Origin: a virus
Virus record (IMG/VR): IMGVR_UViG_3300028898_000020
Direction: 5' to 3' (one strand)
DNA: 43,973 bases
In this document: positions 7,488-17,165 of the stretch, in pieces
How the letters are laid out: each line of letters begins with the position of its first letter
Numbering within the stretch: position 1 is the first letter of the stretch
Translations under genes and position numbers: made by a program
Notes under the pieces: model-generated
Told to the model about the DNA's origin: nothing
Databases searched by the model: none
The model's input: the letters and a program-made list of their open reading frames with translations, nothing else

Positions 7488-10400
7488 CTAGTGCGGCTCC
7501 TGGTAGCCGGTGAGAAGCGCCCCGTAGTTGGTGGTTTTGCCCTCGTTCAGCGCGTTGATGCCGGTCACCGTGCGGTTGATCTGGGCACTAGGCAAGCGCA
7601 GCAGTTCGCCGGCCACGTTGATCATGGCTTTGCGCAGGCCGTCGTCCATCTCGCCCTGGTGGATCTGTTTGCCCAGCTTGGCCAGGTCGGCAATCAGGCG
7701 CACCCCGGCCGGGCCGCTGTAATCGGTGGTGTACTGTGCCGTGCCCGTGGCGGCCTGTACGGCCCCGGTCACCTCGCGCACGCCGAACATCAGACCCATC
7801 AAAAAGCTCAGCTGCTCGCCGATCAGCTTTTTCAGGATCTTCTCCTCGTCCCAGTCGCCGGAATCGCCGGGCGTCATTGCGTCCTTGAGCAACGCGCCCA
7901 GGATGGCGGGGGCCGAGTACAGCAGGATGTAGTCGGCCCACAGCCGGGCCTTGCTTTCGGCGTTCATGGTGCGCTGTGCGCCCAGGTTCAAGGCGGTGTT
8001 GAAGAAGCTGTAAAACGTGGTGAACAGCTTGATGCCCGGGCCGCCGCGCTCGATGGCGCTCTGATCCTTGGTGCCGCCGCTGCCCTGCGCGTCGATCACG
8101 GCCTGGTCACTCAGCGCCACCGCGCGGGCTTCGTCGTTGCCCTCGCTGATGGCTTTCTCGTAGGCGCCCCACCAGGTCGGCACGTCGACCAGCTGCTGCG
8201 CGCGCATCATCAGGAAGTAAGCCGAGGCGTCAATGCCGGCGCGCACCTGGGTGCGGCCCTTGACTTGGCTTCGCACCTCGGCAATCTCGCGCAGCCGGGT
8301 GAGCGCGCGGGTGCGCATGAACTCCGACTTGCCGTTGATCTCTTCGACCGTGTCCAGCGGCGAGCCGATGGCCTTGGCGAGCCCCCGGCCCACCCACTTG
8401 GGACCGATGCGCACGATCGACTGGGTGATGCCCAGGGGCTGCATCATCGCCGACATGACGTTCAGGCCTAGGCCCGACACGCTCACGCCCTGGCGGATGT
8501 AGGCCAGCGCTTTCTCGCCGGCCGCCTGCGCGCCGCGGTCGCCGGTGGCGTTGTCCTCCAGCCACTTCTTGAACTGCTGGTGCGCGTCCGGCCCGTACTT
8601 GCTGCGCATCGCCTCGGCAATGTGCTTGTTTTTCACCAGCTTGTTGGCGTCGATCAGCCACTCGTGCCAGGTCAGATCATGAATAACCTCCTGCACGCCG
8701 TTGTATATGCCGTCCATGCTGTACAGCAGGGGCCGCCCGGTGACCTCCTCCACCCGGGCCTTGGTGAATGACCGCCGGGTGGTGGCGCTGGTGTACGCGC
8801 CGGCCAGCTGCTGCTTGGCGGCCTCGGCATCGGCGTGCGACTCGGCCCGCGCGCTGGCGCGGGGGTCGTATTTGATCGGGTAGTAGCCCCCACGCAGCTC
8901 GCCGTAGGGCGTGTGCACCGGGGTGGGTTCCACCCAGGCGGGCTCGCGGCCGTAGACCCGGGTCTCCTTGGCCGCAATGGCCGGCCGGTAGCTCTCGAAG
9001 TGGTCCCACACCGCTTGTACGAACTGCCAGTCGGTGGCGCTCAGGCTGTTGAGCACCGGCTGGATCTGCTCCAGGCTCCAGCTCTCGCCGCCCAGCAGGC
9101 GCTGCAGGTTGCTGGCGTTGCCGACGTTGAGCGCGATGGCCAGGCGTGCCTCTTTGTTCAGGCTGCGGTTGATGGTGGGGAAGAACTCACCCGCGCCGCC
9201 CAGCCGGCCCTCCTTGAGCACGGGCGCCACCAGCTTAGCCAGATCCTTGGTCGCCTTCTCGCGCATCGCCACCTCGGTGTCGCCGGCATGATTGGCCGTG
9301 CGAATCAGGTATTCCCACACCGGGCCGCCGTCCTTGCCGCCGTCCATCACGCGCGCCCAGGTGGCGGCCTTGATGTGGCTGGCCCAGAAGTTTTTGAGCC
9401 CCACCAGTTTTTCGCCCAGAATCGTGTTGGGCGTGCGGGTGTCGGCGTGGCGCCCCTTGCCGTGGGCGTAGATACTGGCGGTCATCTCGTCCACCACCGC
9501 CTGAAACTCGCGGTTGGCCTGCGACGTGAGCAGCCGATTCTTGAGCCGACCCAGGTGCTCGATCTGCTTGACGGTGTCGCGCAGGCCGCGCACCTCCTCG
9601 ACCGTCATGTCCTTGAACGACTTGCGGTTGGCTTCCTGCAGCAGCTCGGGCGGAATGTCGGGTTCCATTCCCTGCTCGACCTGCGACTGCACCCACTCGA
9701 CCAGGCTGGCGCGCCGGTCCAGGGTTTTCAGGCTGGTGCTGGCGCGCAGGTCAAAGCGCTCCAGCAGCGCCTCGATCTGTTGGCTGTACTCGGGGTCCAG
9801 GGTCTTGCTGGGCGTGTCGAACCGCTTGAAGTAGGCCACCGCCGCCTTGACCTCGTCCTGCGCGGCATAGGCCGCTTTGGTGGCGTACAGGTTGATCAGT
9901 TGATTGCGCTTGTGCAGGGCGGCCTGGGCCAGGTCGCCCGAGGCCTTGGCCGCCGCCTTGGCCGAGCGCACCTCGGCCGCCGCGTACTGCTTGGGCCGAA
10001 TGTCGCGCACCTTGAGCCTGGCGATGGTGGCCGCCGCGTATTCGCGCGCTGCCCGGGTCAGCACGTCAACCGTGCTCTTTTGCCCGGGCACCTGCTCGCG
10101 CACCGCCATGGATTTTTGCAAAGCCCGCAGCTCGGTGGCGACGAAGCGGGCGCGGGCATCGTTGTGAATGGCCGCATCCGCCGCGCGCTCCAGCCCGGCC
10201 GGGGTGGCCAGGTCGCCGTGCTCCTGCAGCATGCGGGTGTCGGTCATGCCCTCGATCACCGACTTGGGCGGCTCGGCCTCGGCCAGCTTCTTCACCAGCT
10301 CGTCACCTGAGGTGAAGCCGAACAGCTCGGCCACCAGATCAGGGTGCAGCCCGATCTCGTCGCTGGTCATGCGCAGCTCGGACAGCTTGCGCCACACCGC

Positions 10401-13400
10401 GCCGTCGGCGGTGCCGTACATATCGCGCAGCACTTGGGTGCGCAGCTTGCCCGCCCCGGCCTCTGGCATGTCGGGCAGATTGAGCGGGGCGTCACCGTAG
10501 GCCGCCGCCATGTCGCGCTTGATCGAGTACCGATCGGTGCCGCGTCGCTGGTCGTCGAACAGCGCCTCGAACTTCTCCGGGGAGAACTTACCGTGCTCGT
10601 CCGGCAGCAGGTAGCCCTCTTCCATCAGGCGATCGCCCATCGCGTCTACCGACAGGCCGCCAGTCTTGCGCACCACCGGCGCGCCAAAAACGCCGGATTC
10701 CAGGGCCTCTTTCTCGTTGATGCCCCACAGCCTCTTGACCTCGGCCCGATCCAGACCGCCCAACTTGGCGATGGCGGTGAACAAATTGTCCACCTCGGGA
10801 TTCAACCCCTTGGCGTTGCCCGACGGTTTCTCACCCGCCACCTTGTCGACGGAGCGGCTGGTCAGGAAAGCCCAGGCCCGGTAGATCGGCTGCGACATCA
10901 CCTCGGCGCGCACCTCGCGCCCGATCTGGACGCGCAGCGCGTCGTGCTGTTTCTGCAGCTCCTTGAGTTTGCGGCTTCGGGCGTTGTTGAGCCATTGCAT
11001 GTCGCGCAGGCCTCGCGCCTGCAGTTCGTCCACCGCGTCCATGGTGGCCTGGGTGCCCCGGTCGTGGTAGGCTTTGAACTCCTCCAGCGTCATGCCGGCC
11101 TGCTCGGCGCTCTGGAACAGCGGACCCATCGAGCGCGCGGCCTCGGCCTCGGCGATCTGGTCGCTGGTGGCCAGCATGCGGTCCATCACCGCGCGCACCT
11201 CGTCGGACAACTCGACCTTGAGTGCCCCGGCAACGTCGCCTTTGTTGGCCGTTACTGACTTGAGCAGGTTGCGGTAGACGTTGACCAGCCACGCCCGGAA
11301 CGTCTGAAACGCATGCTGCAGATCCAGGCTCGGGGCTTTGCCCTCGAAGGCGTAGGCCTCGAAGCCGCGTGCCCACTGTTCGTGATAGGGGCGCTTCTGG
11401 TCGGTCGTGAGGGAGGCCCAATGGTCCAGCGCTGACATCTCGGGGGTCGACTGCACCCCCATCCAGGCCAGCGTCTTGTTCATGTCATCCATGATCGAAC
11501 GCTCGCCCTCGCTGATCTGCTCCCCCTGGGCGACGCGGGTGGCGATGCGGCTGGCCAGATCGGCCTGCACTTCGAGGAAGAAGTGGCCGGACTCGTGCAC
11601 AAAAGAGCTTAAATCCGCATTGGATAACAGTGAAATGATCGAACGTGTTAAAGTAATGTCCGACCCAAACGCTATTTGGCCGCGAGCTTGCTGGTAGAAC
11701 GTGCCTTGTGTTGCGCCACCAAGTCCCGCGCCTGGTTCACCCTGCTCGCGATGTATTGACTCCAAAACAGATCGTCGTGCATCCGCTCCCGATAGAAGGG
11801 AATTGAAGATAGCAGCTCTTTGTAGAGTGGTGCGGCCTGCCTGTCCAGCTCCCGCCGCTCTTCCATCGAAGCCAAGCATTTCGGACAGCTCCGCATTGCT
11901 TTGAACACGCCCGTCCCCGTCAACAAATGATTGTGTTGCAGGGTCGAAGTGGAAGAGGCTTGTGGCATTGGGGTTTGCGTGTTCGGTGGCCGCGACCGAC
12001 ACGTCCACCATGGCCCTGATATTACCCAAGGTATCGCCGTCTGTCCACTTGAGCGGGGGCACCCCAATTTCAGCATTGCCCTCCAGCTGGGACGGGTGAG
12101 GCTCCAGAAAGTCGGTGCTGCCGTACTTGATGGCCGCCGAGAGCATGTTCTCCAGCCGACGCCGCATGGCCGCCGCGCTCACGCCAAGGGGGTCGCCGAC
12201 GAACTTCAACCCGTTGTTGAAAGCGTAGTTCGCCGCCAGGTCATACACCGCGCTGCCGCCGTTGCCCTCGCCCACCGCCGACACATTGATGTGAACGCGG
12301 CCGCCGTCGTTGGTCAGCGTGGCGTGCTTGCCGGTGGGCAGCGTGACAATCCACGAATGCGTGGTCGCGCTCTCGTCCGGGGTGGTGTTGGCCAGCATCC
12401 AGACCTCGGGGTCGGCACTGTTGCGATCCACCTCGCTGACCGTCAAGCCCTTGGCCGCGCCGATGTCGCGCACGTCCAGTGCCTGCGATTTGGGGTATTG
12501 GTACAGGCTGTCCAGCTTGCCCAGCTCCAGCAGCACGCGCGAGATCCCCAGCTTGGGGTCGGCATAGTCCACCTCGGCGGTGGATTGGTTCATGATGTTG
12601 CCGCTGTTGTCGAAGGTGCCCCGGTTAAACACGCTCTTGATATTGGCCGGGTTCCATACGTTCAGGGCGTTCTCGTAGTGGTCGTCGCGCACCCCGGCGA
12701 CGCCTTCGGCTTCGGCCGTCTTGCGCGCGGCGTCCCAGTTGCCGCCAGCGTCCTGTACCCGTTGGCTCCAATCGGCATGGCTGATGTATTTGCCCCGGAC
12801 GTACACCGGCATCAGGTGCTCGCCGCCCTTGCCGTCGCCGTCATAGAGGCTTGCGGCCTCGGCGTCCAGACCCAAGTACACGCCGGGCCCGATCAGCCCC
12901 GACTTACTGGCCTTGAACGTGGTGAAATTCTTGTTGGTGCCGTGGTATAGCACCATCGGCTGGCCCTGCTCGTCGAGCATGTTGCTGTCGCCGAACCACT
13001 TTTTGAACGCCGGGGTGTCGGTCACCAGCTTGCCGGCCTGGTCGTACTGATCCATCACCTGCGCCCCCGCCGACTCCTTGGCCGAGAACCCAAGGCGGTA
13101 CACGTCGGCGAACTGCTGCACCGTCATGCCGGTGCGCGCCGCCATTACGGCATAGAAGCTGGCCGCCAGCTCGGCGTATCGCTCGTTCACCTGGGCGGTG
13201 AAGCGTTTCAGTTCGGTGAGCTGGGTCAGGATCTGGGCCTGCACCTGGTCGCGCCCGGCCTTGAACTCGGCGTCGTTCTCGCGCTGGGCCATCACGCGCT
13301 CGACCTCGGCCTGGATGTCGTTGCCCTTCTCTTGCATGTAGGACTGGGCCTCGATGCGACTCATGCCGGTCACGTCGGTGCGGGCGTTGTCGACCAGCGC

Positions 13401-14777
13401 CTGGGCGTATTCGTTGCCGATCGCCCCGGTCAGCAGCTCGCCGGTGGGCACCACCAGGTCGCCACCAGATTCGACCTGGTCGAGCTGGGCCGCGATGCTG
13501 GGCACCGTCTGGGCCAGGGCCTGCAGATCCACGCCGGCCTCGACCAGCTTGGCGCTATCCAGGTAGATGTTGGGCGTGCCCTCGTCGGCCAGCTCCTGCA
13601 TGTAGGCGCGCAGGGTCTCGGGGCTGCGTTCCAGCAGCTTGCTGGCCTCGGCGGTCTTGATCACCTGCTCCAGCACCTTGGCGTGCGCTTCGGCTCGCTG
13701 CGCTGCGCTGTCGTCTTTTTGCTCCTGACCCATCAGCCGCTGCGCGCCCTTGACGGCCCCAATCTGCACGCTTCCACCGACCAGGGTGGCAATGGCGGTC
13801 TCTGCCAGCGCGGCCGGCTGTTCGGCCAGGAAGTCGCCTACCGACTTGTTCGGGTTGAGGTGAGTCCACTGGTTGAAGTTCTGCCACAGGGTGGCGGCCA
13901 TCTCGCCGGGCACTTCCTTGGACACCTCGTACATGAACAGTTTGCCCGCTGACGCACTGGCCTTGACGTTCTTCAAGAAGCCCGCCGCGCCCAGATACTT
14001 CTCGGTCACGATTTCGGCGGTGCCATCCTCGATGCCGTAGGCAGTGGCCTGGTAGGGATTGAGCCCGGCTTCGCGGCCCTTGGCGTAGGACTGCCCGCCT
14101 GTGATCACGCCCATCAGGCCCAGCATGGCCTGCTCACCAGTCATTCTGGTGGCGTTGGCCAGGCCCACCGGCAGCATCGCCAGGTTCTGCCCGGCGGAGC
14201 GCATCCCTGACATGAAGCCGCGCTCTGCCAGGCCCGCGTCAGGGTCGACGCCGGAAACCGAATCGGCCGCCCGGCTGGCGCTTTTGCTCTGGTCGCGCAG
14301 GAAGCCCCCGATGGTATCCAGGCCCAGCATCTCAAACGGCGACGCCGCCGCACCGTAAGCGCCCGCCCCGAAGCTGGGCACGCCTGACGCCAAACCCCGT
14401 GCCGCCTTGGCAACATCGGTCAGCGCGCCGCCTCGGGGTGCGGTGGGCGCGCTGGTGAGGTAGCGCAGGCCCGCTTCCAGCGCGCCCATGTTGTCCAGAT
14501 CGTCGTGCGCCACCCGGGCGTTATTCATGTCGGCGGCCAGCCAGCCGCGCAGCTTGGGGGCCTGCTCCAGGCCGGCCAGGCTGTCCTCCACCTTGGCGCG
14601 AGTCTCGTAGTCGGGTTTGAATTCGTCGATCACGCCGGGCGGCAAGCCGTAGCGCTGGGCCAACTGGGTGCTGCGCGCGGCCGCGTCTGGGTTGGCCTCG
14701 ATTCCAAAGCGCAGGTTCAGCCCCGCGCGCTGCTTGTCGCTGGCGCCATCGTCCAGCAGGTCGGCATAGTCACCCAT
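7488..14777 (-). CDS. Giant internal-virion / ejection polyvalent protein (ART-like + zincin HExxH domains)
   Basis: 2,429 aa in the gp16-like position. VLYHGTNKNFTTFK..GPGVYLG..YENALNVW (about 12618-13025) fits an H-Y-E ADP-ribosyltransferase-like domain. FVHESGHFFLEV (about 11581-11607) is an HExxH metallopeptidase motif. The C-terminus is hydrophobic. Confidence 0.85.
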   Translation of the reverse strand: MGDYADLLDDGASDKQRAGLNLRFGIEANPDAAARSTQLAQRYGLPPGVIDEFKPDYETRAKVEDSLAGLEQAPKLRGWLAADMNNARVAHDDLDNMGALEAGLRYLTSAPTAPRGGALTDVAKAARGLASGVPSFGAGAYGAAASPFEMLGLDTIGGFLRDQSKSASRAADSVSGVDPDAGLAERGFMSGMRSAGQNLAMLPVGLANATRMTGEQAMLGLMGVITGGQSYAKGREAGLNPYQATAYGIEDGTAEIVTEKYLGAAGFLKNVKASASAGKLFMYEVSKEVPGEMAATLWQNFNQWTHLNPNKSVGDFLAEQPAALAETAIATLVGGSVQIGAVKGAQRLMGQEQKDDSAAQRAEAHAKVLEQVIKTAEASKLLERSPETLRAYMQELADEGTPNIYLDSAKLVEAGVDLQALAQTVPSIAAQLDQVESGGDLVVPTGELLTGAIGNEYAQALVDNARTDVTGMSRIEAQSYMQEKGNDIQAEVERVMAQRENDAEFKAGRDQVQAQILTQLTELKRFTAQVNERYAELAASFYAVMAARTGMTVQQFADVYRLGFSAKESAGAQVMDQYDQAGKLVTDTPAFKKWFGDSNMLDEQGQPMVLYHGTNKNFTTFKASKSGLIGPGVYLGLDAEAASLYDGDGKGGEHLMPVYVRGKYISHADWSQRVQDAGGNWDAARKTAEAEGVAGVRDDHYENALNVWNPANIKSVFNRGTFDNSGNIMNQSTAEVDYADPKLGISRVLLELGKLDSLYQYPKSQALDVRDIGAAKGLTVSEVDRNSADPEVWMLANTTPDESATTHSWIVTLPTGKHATLTNDGGRVHINVSAVGEGNGGSAVYDLAANYAFNNGLKFVGDPLGVSAAAMRRRLENMLSAAIKYGSTDFLEPHPSQLEGNAEIGVPPLKWTDGDTLGNIRAMVDVSVAATEHANPNATSLFHFDPATQSFVDGDGRVQSNAELSEMLGFDGRAAGAGQAGRTTLQRAAIFNSLLSGADARRSVLESIHREQGEPGAGLGGATQGTFYQQARGQIAFGSDITLTRSIISLLSNADLSSFVHESGHFFLEVQADLASRIATRVAQGEQISEGERSIMDDMNKTLAWMGVQSTPEMSALDHWASLTTDQKRPYHEQWARGFEAYAFEGKAPSLDLQHAFQTFRAWLVNVYRNLLKSVTANKGDVAGALKVELSDEVRAVMDRMLATSDQIAEAEAARSMGPLFQSAEQAGMTLEEFKAYHDRGTQATMDAVDELQARGLRDMQWLNNARSRKLKELQKQHDALRVQIGREVRAEVMSQPIYRAWAFLTSRSVDKVAGEKPSGNAKGLNPEVDNLFTAIAKLGGLDRAEVKRLWGINEKEALESGVFGAPVVRKTGGLSVDAMGDRLMEEGYLLPDEHGKFSPEKFEALFDDQRRGTDRYSIKRDMAAAYGDAPLNLPDMPEAGAGKLRTQVLRDMYGTADGAVWRKLSELRMTSDEIGLHPDLVAELFGFTSGDELVKKLAEAEPPKSVIEGMTDTRMLQEHGDLATPAGLERAADAAIHNDARARFVATELRALQKSMAVREQVPGQKSTVDVLTRAAREYAAATIARLKVRDIRPKQYAAAEVRSAKAAAKASGDLAQAALHKRNQLINLYATKAAYAAQDEVKAAVAYFKRFDTPSKTLDPEYSQQIEALLERFDLRASTSLKTLDRRASLVEWVQSQVEQGMEPDIPPELLQEANRKSFKDMTVEEVRGLRDTVKQIEHLGRLKNRLLTSQANREFQAVVDEMTASIYAHGKGRHADTRTPNTILGEKLVGLKNFWASHIKAATWARVMDGGKDGGPVWEYLIRTANHAGDTEVAMREKATKDLAKLVAPVLKEGRLGGAGEFFPTINRSLNKEARLAIALNVGNASNLQRLLGGESWSLEQIQPVLNSLSATDWQFVQAVWDHFESYRPAIAAKETRVYGREPAWVEPTPVHTPYGELRGGYYPIKYDPRASARAESHADAEAAKQQLAGAYTSATTRRSFTKARVEEVTGRPLLYSMDGIYNGVQEVIHDLTWHEWLIDANKLVKNKHIAEAMRSKYGPDAHQQFKKWLEDNATGDRGAQAAGEKALAYIRQGVSVSGLGLNVMSAMMQPLGITQSIVRIGPKWVGRGLAKAIGSPLDTVEEINGKSEFMRTRALTRLREIAEVRSQVKGRTQVRAGIDASAYFLMMRAQQLVDVPTWWGAYEKAISEGNDEARAVALSDQAVIDAQGSGGTKDQSAIERGGPGIKLFTTFYSFFNTALNLGAQRTMNAESKARLWADYILLYSAPAILGALLKDAMTPGDSGDWDEEKILKKLIGEQLSFLMGLMFGVREVTGAVQAATGTAQYTTDYSGPAGVRLIADLAKLGKQIHQGEMDDGLRKAMINVAGELLRLPSAQINRTVTGINALNEGKTTNYGALLTGYQEPH

Positions 14778-16546
14778 CAGAACCGTCCCTTGGATATTCC
14801 GGCGGTGTACATGCGTTCAACCTCGTCTTTCTGTGCGGTGGTGAGCGGCTGCGCGCCCAGCTTGTATCGGTCGCGGATCTCTTGCGCGAGCTTGTCGCGC
14901 AGCGCCACCGGGATGTCGTCGTAACGCTTGGCCACAAAGCTGGCGCCGGGCTTGATGTCGGGCTCGGTTGCGATCTGGTAGCCCTTCTTCTTGGTTTGGA
15001 ACATCCCGAAGATGCCGCTGCCCTGCTCCACGCCCTCACGCACCATGCTCATGCCGATGCGCTTGGACTCCTCCACAGTCAGCGGCGAGCCTTTGGCCTT
15101 GGCCGCTTCGTCCAGCGCCATGGTCAGCGCACCCATGAACTTGGCGGTTTCCTTGGCCTTCTCCGGATGCTTTTCGTCGGGGGTCAGGTCAATGCCCACC
15201 GCCGCCACCTCGGCGCGAATCGACCCGAGGGTGTTTTTGACCATGCGCTGCGATTCCATCGCCTTGGCGTCGCCCTTGGAGATCGACGACTGGATCTCGG
15301 TGAGGTGCTTGAAGTCGGCATTGCCCAGCCAGGGCATGGACTTGCGCAGGTCCAGCGACACGAACGCCGCCGGGTCCTCGGCGGCCATGCGGCGCAGGCC
15401 GTAGTACTTCTCCATGTCGGTCGTGACCTTGCCCTCGGCGTCGGCCTTGGCGCGGCGCCACTTGGCGTCGAGCCAATCCCGAATCTGGCGCTCTTCCTCG
15501 GGGGCCTTGGCGCGCAGGTCGGCGAGCATGTCGGCCGGAATCTTGCCGCCGGCCATCACCGCCGACCAGGCCGCCGCGCCGACTTGCTTGGCGTCGCGGG
15601 TGCGCGCCACCTCGATCTCGGTGTAACGCTCCTTGACCTCGCGCACGGCGGCGTCCTGCTCCTCGCCGGTGAAGCGCTTGCGCGCCTCGGCCAGCGCATC
15701 GGCCATGCCCAGACCCTTGCCGGTGACCTCGTCGCCGAAGGCCTGCGCCTTCTCGCGCTCGGTGCCGATCTTGAGCACTTTGGTGACCGCCTCGCGATCG
15801 CGCTCGGTCATGCGGTCCTGGTTCTCGCGGAAGAAGTCGCGCGCATAGGTCAGCTCGTTGGCCTGCACCGCGTTGCTCACCACCGACAAGCCGACCGCGC
15901 TTTGCTGCGCCTGCGTCTTGGCCTTCAACTCCTCGGGCGACATGCCGGTGGGGTTTTTGGCCATCAGGGCGGCGATGCCTTCGAGGTGCTTCTGCACCTC
16001 GGCCTTGTTCGACCAGGCCGCGCCGGCCGCGTCCTTGTGCAGCTCCACCCCACCGTTGACCACCGACACCTGATACTGCTGGTTCTCCCGGCTCATGTGC
16101 GTTTGCACCTCGCCCTTGAACTGCGCCAGCATTTGCTCGGCGCGCAGCCGGTAGGCCTGGCGCTGGCGATCGTTGCCCAGCTCGCCCGACAAGGTGTCGA
16201 TGGTGTCGGCCAGCTGCTGGCCGTAGTTGTCCACCAGCGACTTGCCGTCGGGGTCGGGCTTGAGCGCGGCCTCGCCCTGGCGGGTGGTGTAGCCGGTTTC
16301 CTGGTTGTGGGTCAGGTCGATGCGACGGGCCAGGGTCTTGTTGATCGCGTCGCTGACCCTGAAGTCGTCGGCCTTGTCCTGCTCGGCCTGCATCACCCGG
16401 GCGGCCTGGTTCATGGCCTGCCCGAACTGGCCGGCCTGCTCGGCGCCGATCTGGCCCGGCGTCGGGCCGCTGGGGGCGCTCAGCAGCGCACTGGGCTGGG
16501 CACTTTGCTGGGTCTGGAAATTGTCATACGTGGGCACGCGCGGCAT
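14777..16546 (-). CDS. Internal virion protein (gp15-like position)
   Basis: 589 aa, Gln/Ala/Lys-rich with coiled-coil character; start and stop overlap the neighbouring genes. Confidence 0.65.
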   Translation of the reverse strand: MPRVPTYDNFQTQQSAQPSALLSAPSGPTPGQIGAEQAGQFGQAMNQAARVMQAEQDKADDFRVSDAINKTLARRIDLTHNQETGYTTRQGEAALKPDPDGKSLVDNYGQQLADTIDTLSGELGNDRQRQAYRLRAEQMLAQFKGEVQTHMSRENQQYQVSVVNGGVELHKDAAGAAWSNKAEVQKHLEGIAALMAKNPTGMSPEELKAKTQAQQSAVGLSVVSNAVQANELTYARDFFRENQDRMTERDREAVTKVLKIGTEREKAQAFGDEVTGKGLGMADALAEARKRFTGEEQDAAVREVKERYTEIEVARTRDAKQVGAAAWSAVMAGGKIPADMLADLRAKAPEEERQIRDWLDAKWRRAKADAEGKVTTDMEKYYGLRRMAAEDPAAFVSLDLRKSMPWLGNADFKHLTEIQSSISKGDAKAMESQRMVKNTLGSIRAEVAAVGIDLTPDEKHPEKAKETAKFMGALTMALDEAAKAKGSPLTVEESKRIGMSMVREGVEQGSGIFGMFQTKKKGYQIATEPDIKPGASFVAKRYDDIPVALRDKLAQEIRDRYKLGAQPLTTAQKDEVERMYTAGISKGRF

Positions 16547-17103
16547 CAGAACACTCCAAGTTTGCGGCGCGCGCCCTGCGTCAGGCCGTCCCCGCTGTTG
16601 GTGGGGCTGGCGTACTGATACCAGTTCGCCGCCACCTGGGCGCCACTGCCCAGCAGCGTGGTGGCCGCCGAGCCCAACGGGCTGATGGCGTCGGCCGAGG
16701 CGCGCGACAGGGCGGCCTGGTTGGACTGGTTCACGCTCTGGGTGCGGTAGCCCCAGGCGCTGCGCACGGCGTTGGCGTGCACGGTGGCGGCGTCAACCTC
16801 ACCCATCAGGTCGGTGGTTGCCAGGATCTGGGCCGCGCTGCCCACACCCAGATCCAGGCCGTTGGCGGCCATGCTGGCGCGTTGGGTGCTCTTGAGCTGG
16901 GCCGTGGACAGGCGGCTGCGTTGTTCGTCACGTTGACCGGCCAGCAGCGTGACCTGGGCCGTGCTCTCGGAAATACGCGCGTTGATCGCAGAGAGGTCGG
17001 CCTGCAGGTTGAGGCTGCTCTGGTTGGCCTTTGCGCCGTAGTAAGAGCTCACCACCGAACTGGTGGCCCCCGCGCCCTGCATGACTGCGGCGACATTGCA
17101 CAT
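16546..17103 (-). CDS. Small Ala/Ser/Gln-rich virion protein (gp14-like position)
   Basis: 185 aa. The N-terminus MCNVAAVMQGAGATSS resembles that of 29095..29454. 49 nt downstream of motif copy 4. Confidence 0.6.
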   Translation of the reverse strand: MCNVAAVMQGAGATSSVVSSYYGAKANQSSLNLQADLSAINARISESTAQVTLLAGQRDEQRSRLSTAQLKSTQRASMAANGLDLGVGSAAQILATTDLMGEVDAATVHANAVRSAWGYRTQSVNQSNQAALSRASADAISPLGSAATTLLGSGAQVAANWYQYASPTNSGDGLTQGARRKLGVF

Positions 17104-17132
17104 GGATCGCGCCCTATGGTGGAAGTGATCCG

Positions 17133-17165
17133 ACTGTGCCGCGCGCAGCGGGGGTTACGTGCACC
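17133..17165 (-). promoter_or_regulatory. Late-operon motif copy 4 (GGTGCACGTAACC-N14-CACAGT)
   Basis: Exact 13-mer at 17153-17165; it contains the TAA stop of 17155..17625. Hexamer at 17133-17138. Confidence 0.55.

Noticed and set aside
11672-12076. 134-codon same-strand +1-frame ORF inside the low-GC patch of the giant gene (possible overprinted gene)
   Set aside because: Its apparently good GC3 (about 72%) is just the GC1 of the Gly/Ala-rich main frame. There is no RBS before either candidate ATG, the N-terminal half is junk-like, and the main frame continues into a conserved HExxH domain.
7488-14777. Giant virion protein as an N4-like encapsidated RNA polymerase that could read the 13-mer promoters
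   Set aside because: I saw no T7-like RNAP motifs (no RxxxKxxxxxxxYG or HDS-type motif C). The recognisable domains are ART-like and zincin-like instead.
14882-16618. Long antisense ORFs (also 754..1725, 8835..10310, 36302..37657, 38562..40259, 42375..43694 and many others in the track)
   Set aside because: These are mirror or shifted-frame ORFs typical of GC-rich DNA. Their products are Arg/Gly/Pro/Ala-rich low-complexity strings, they lack RBSs, and they fully overlap genes with recognisable domains.
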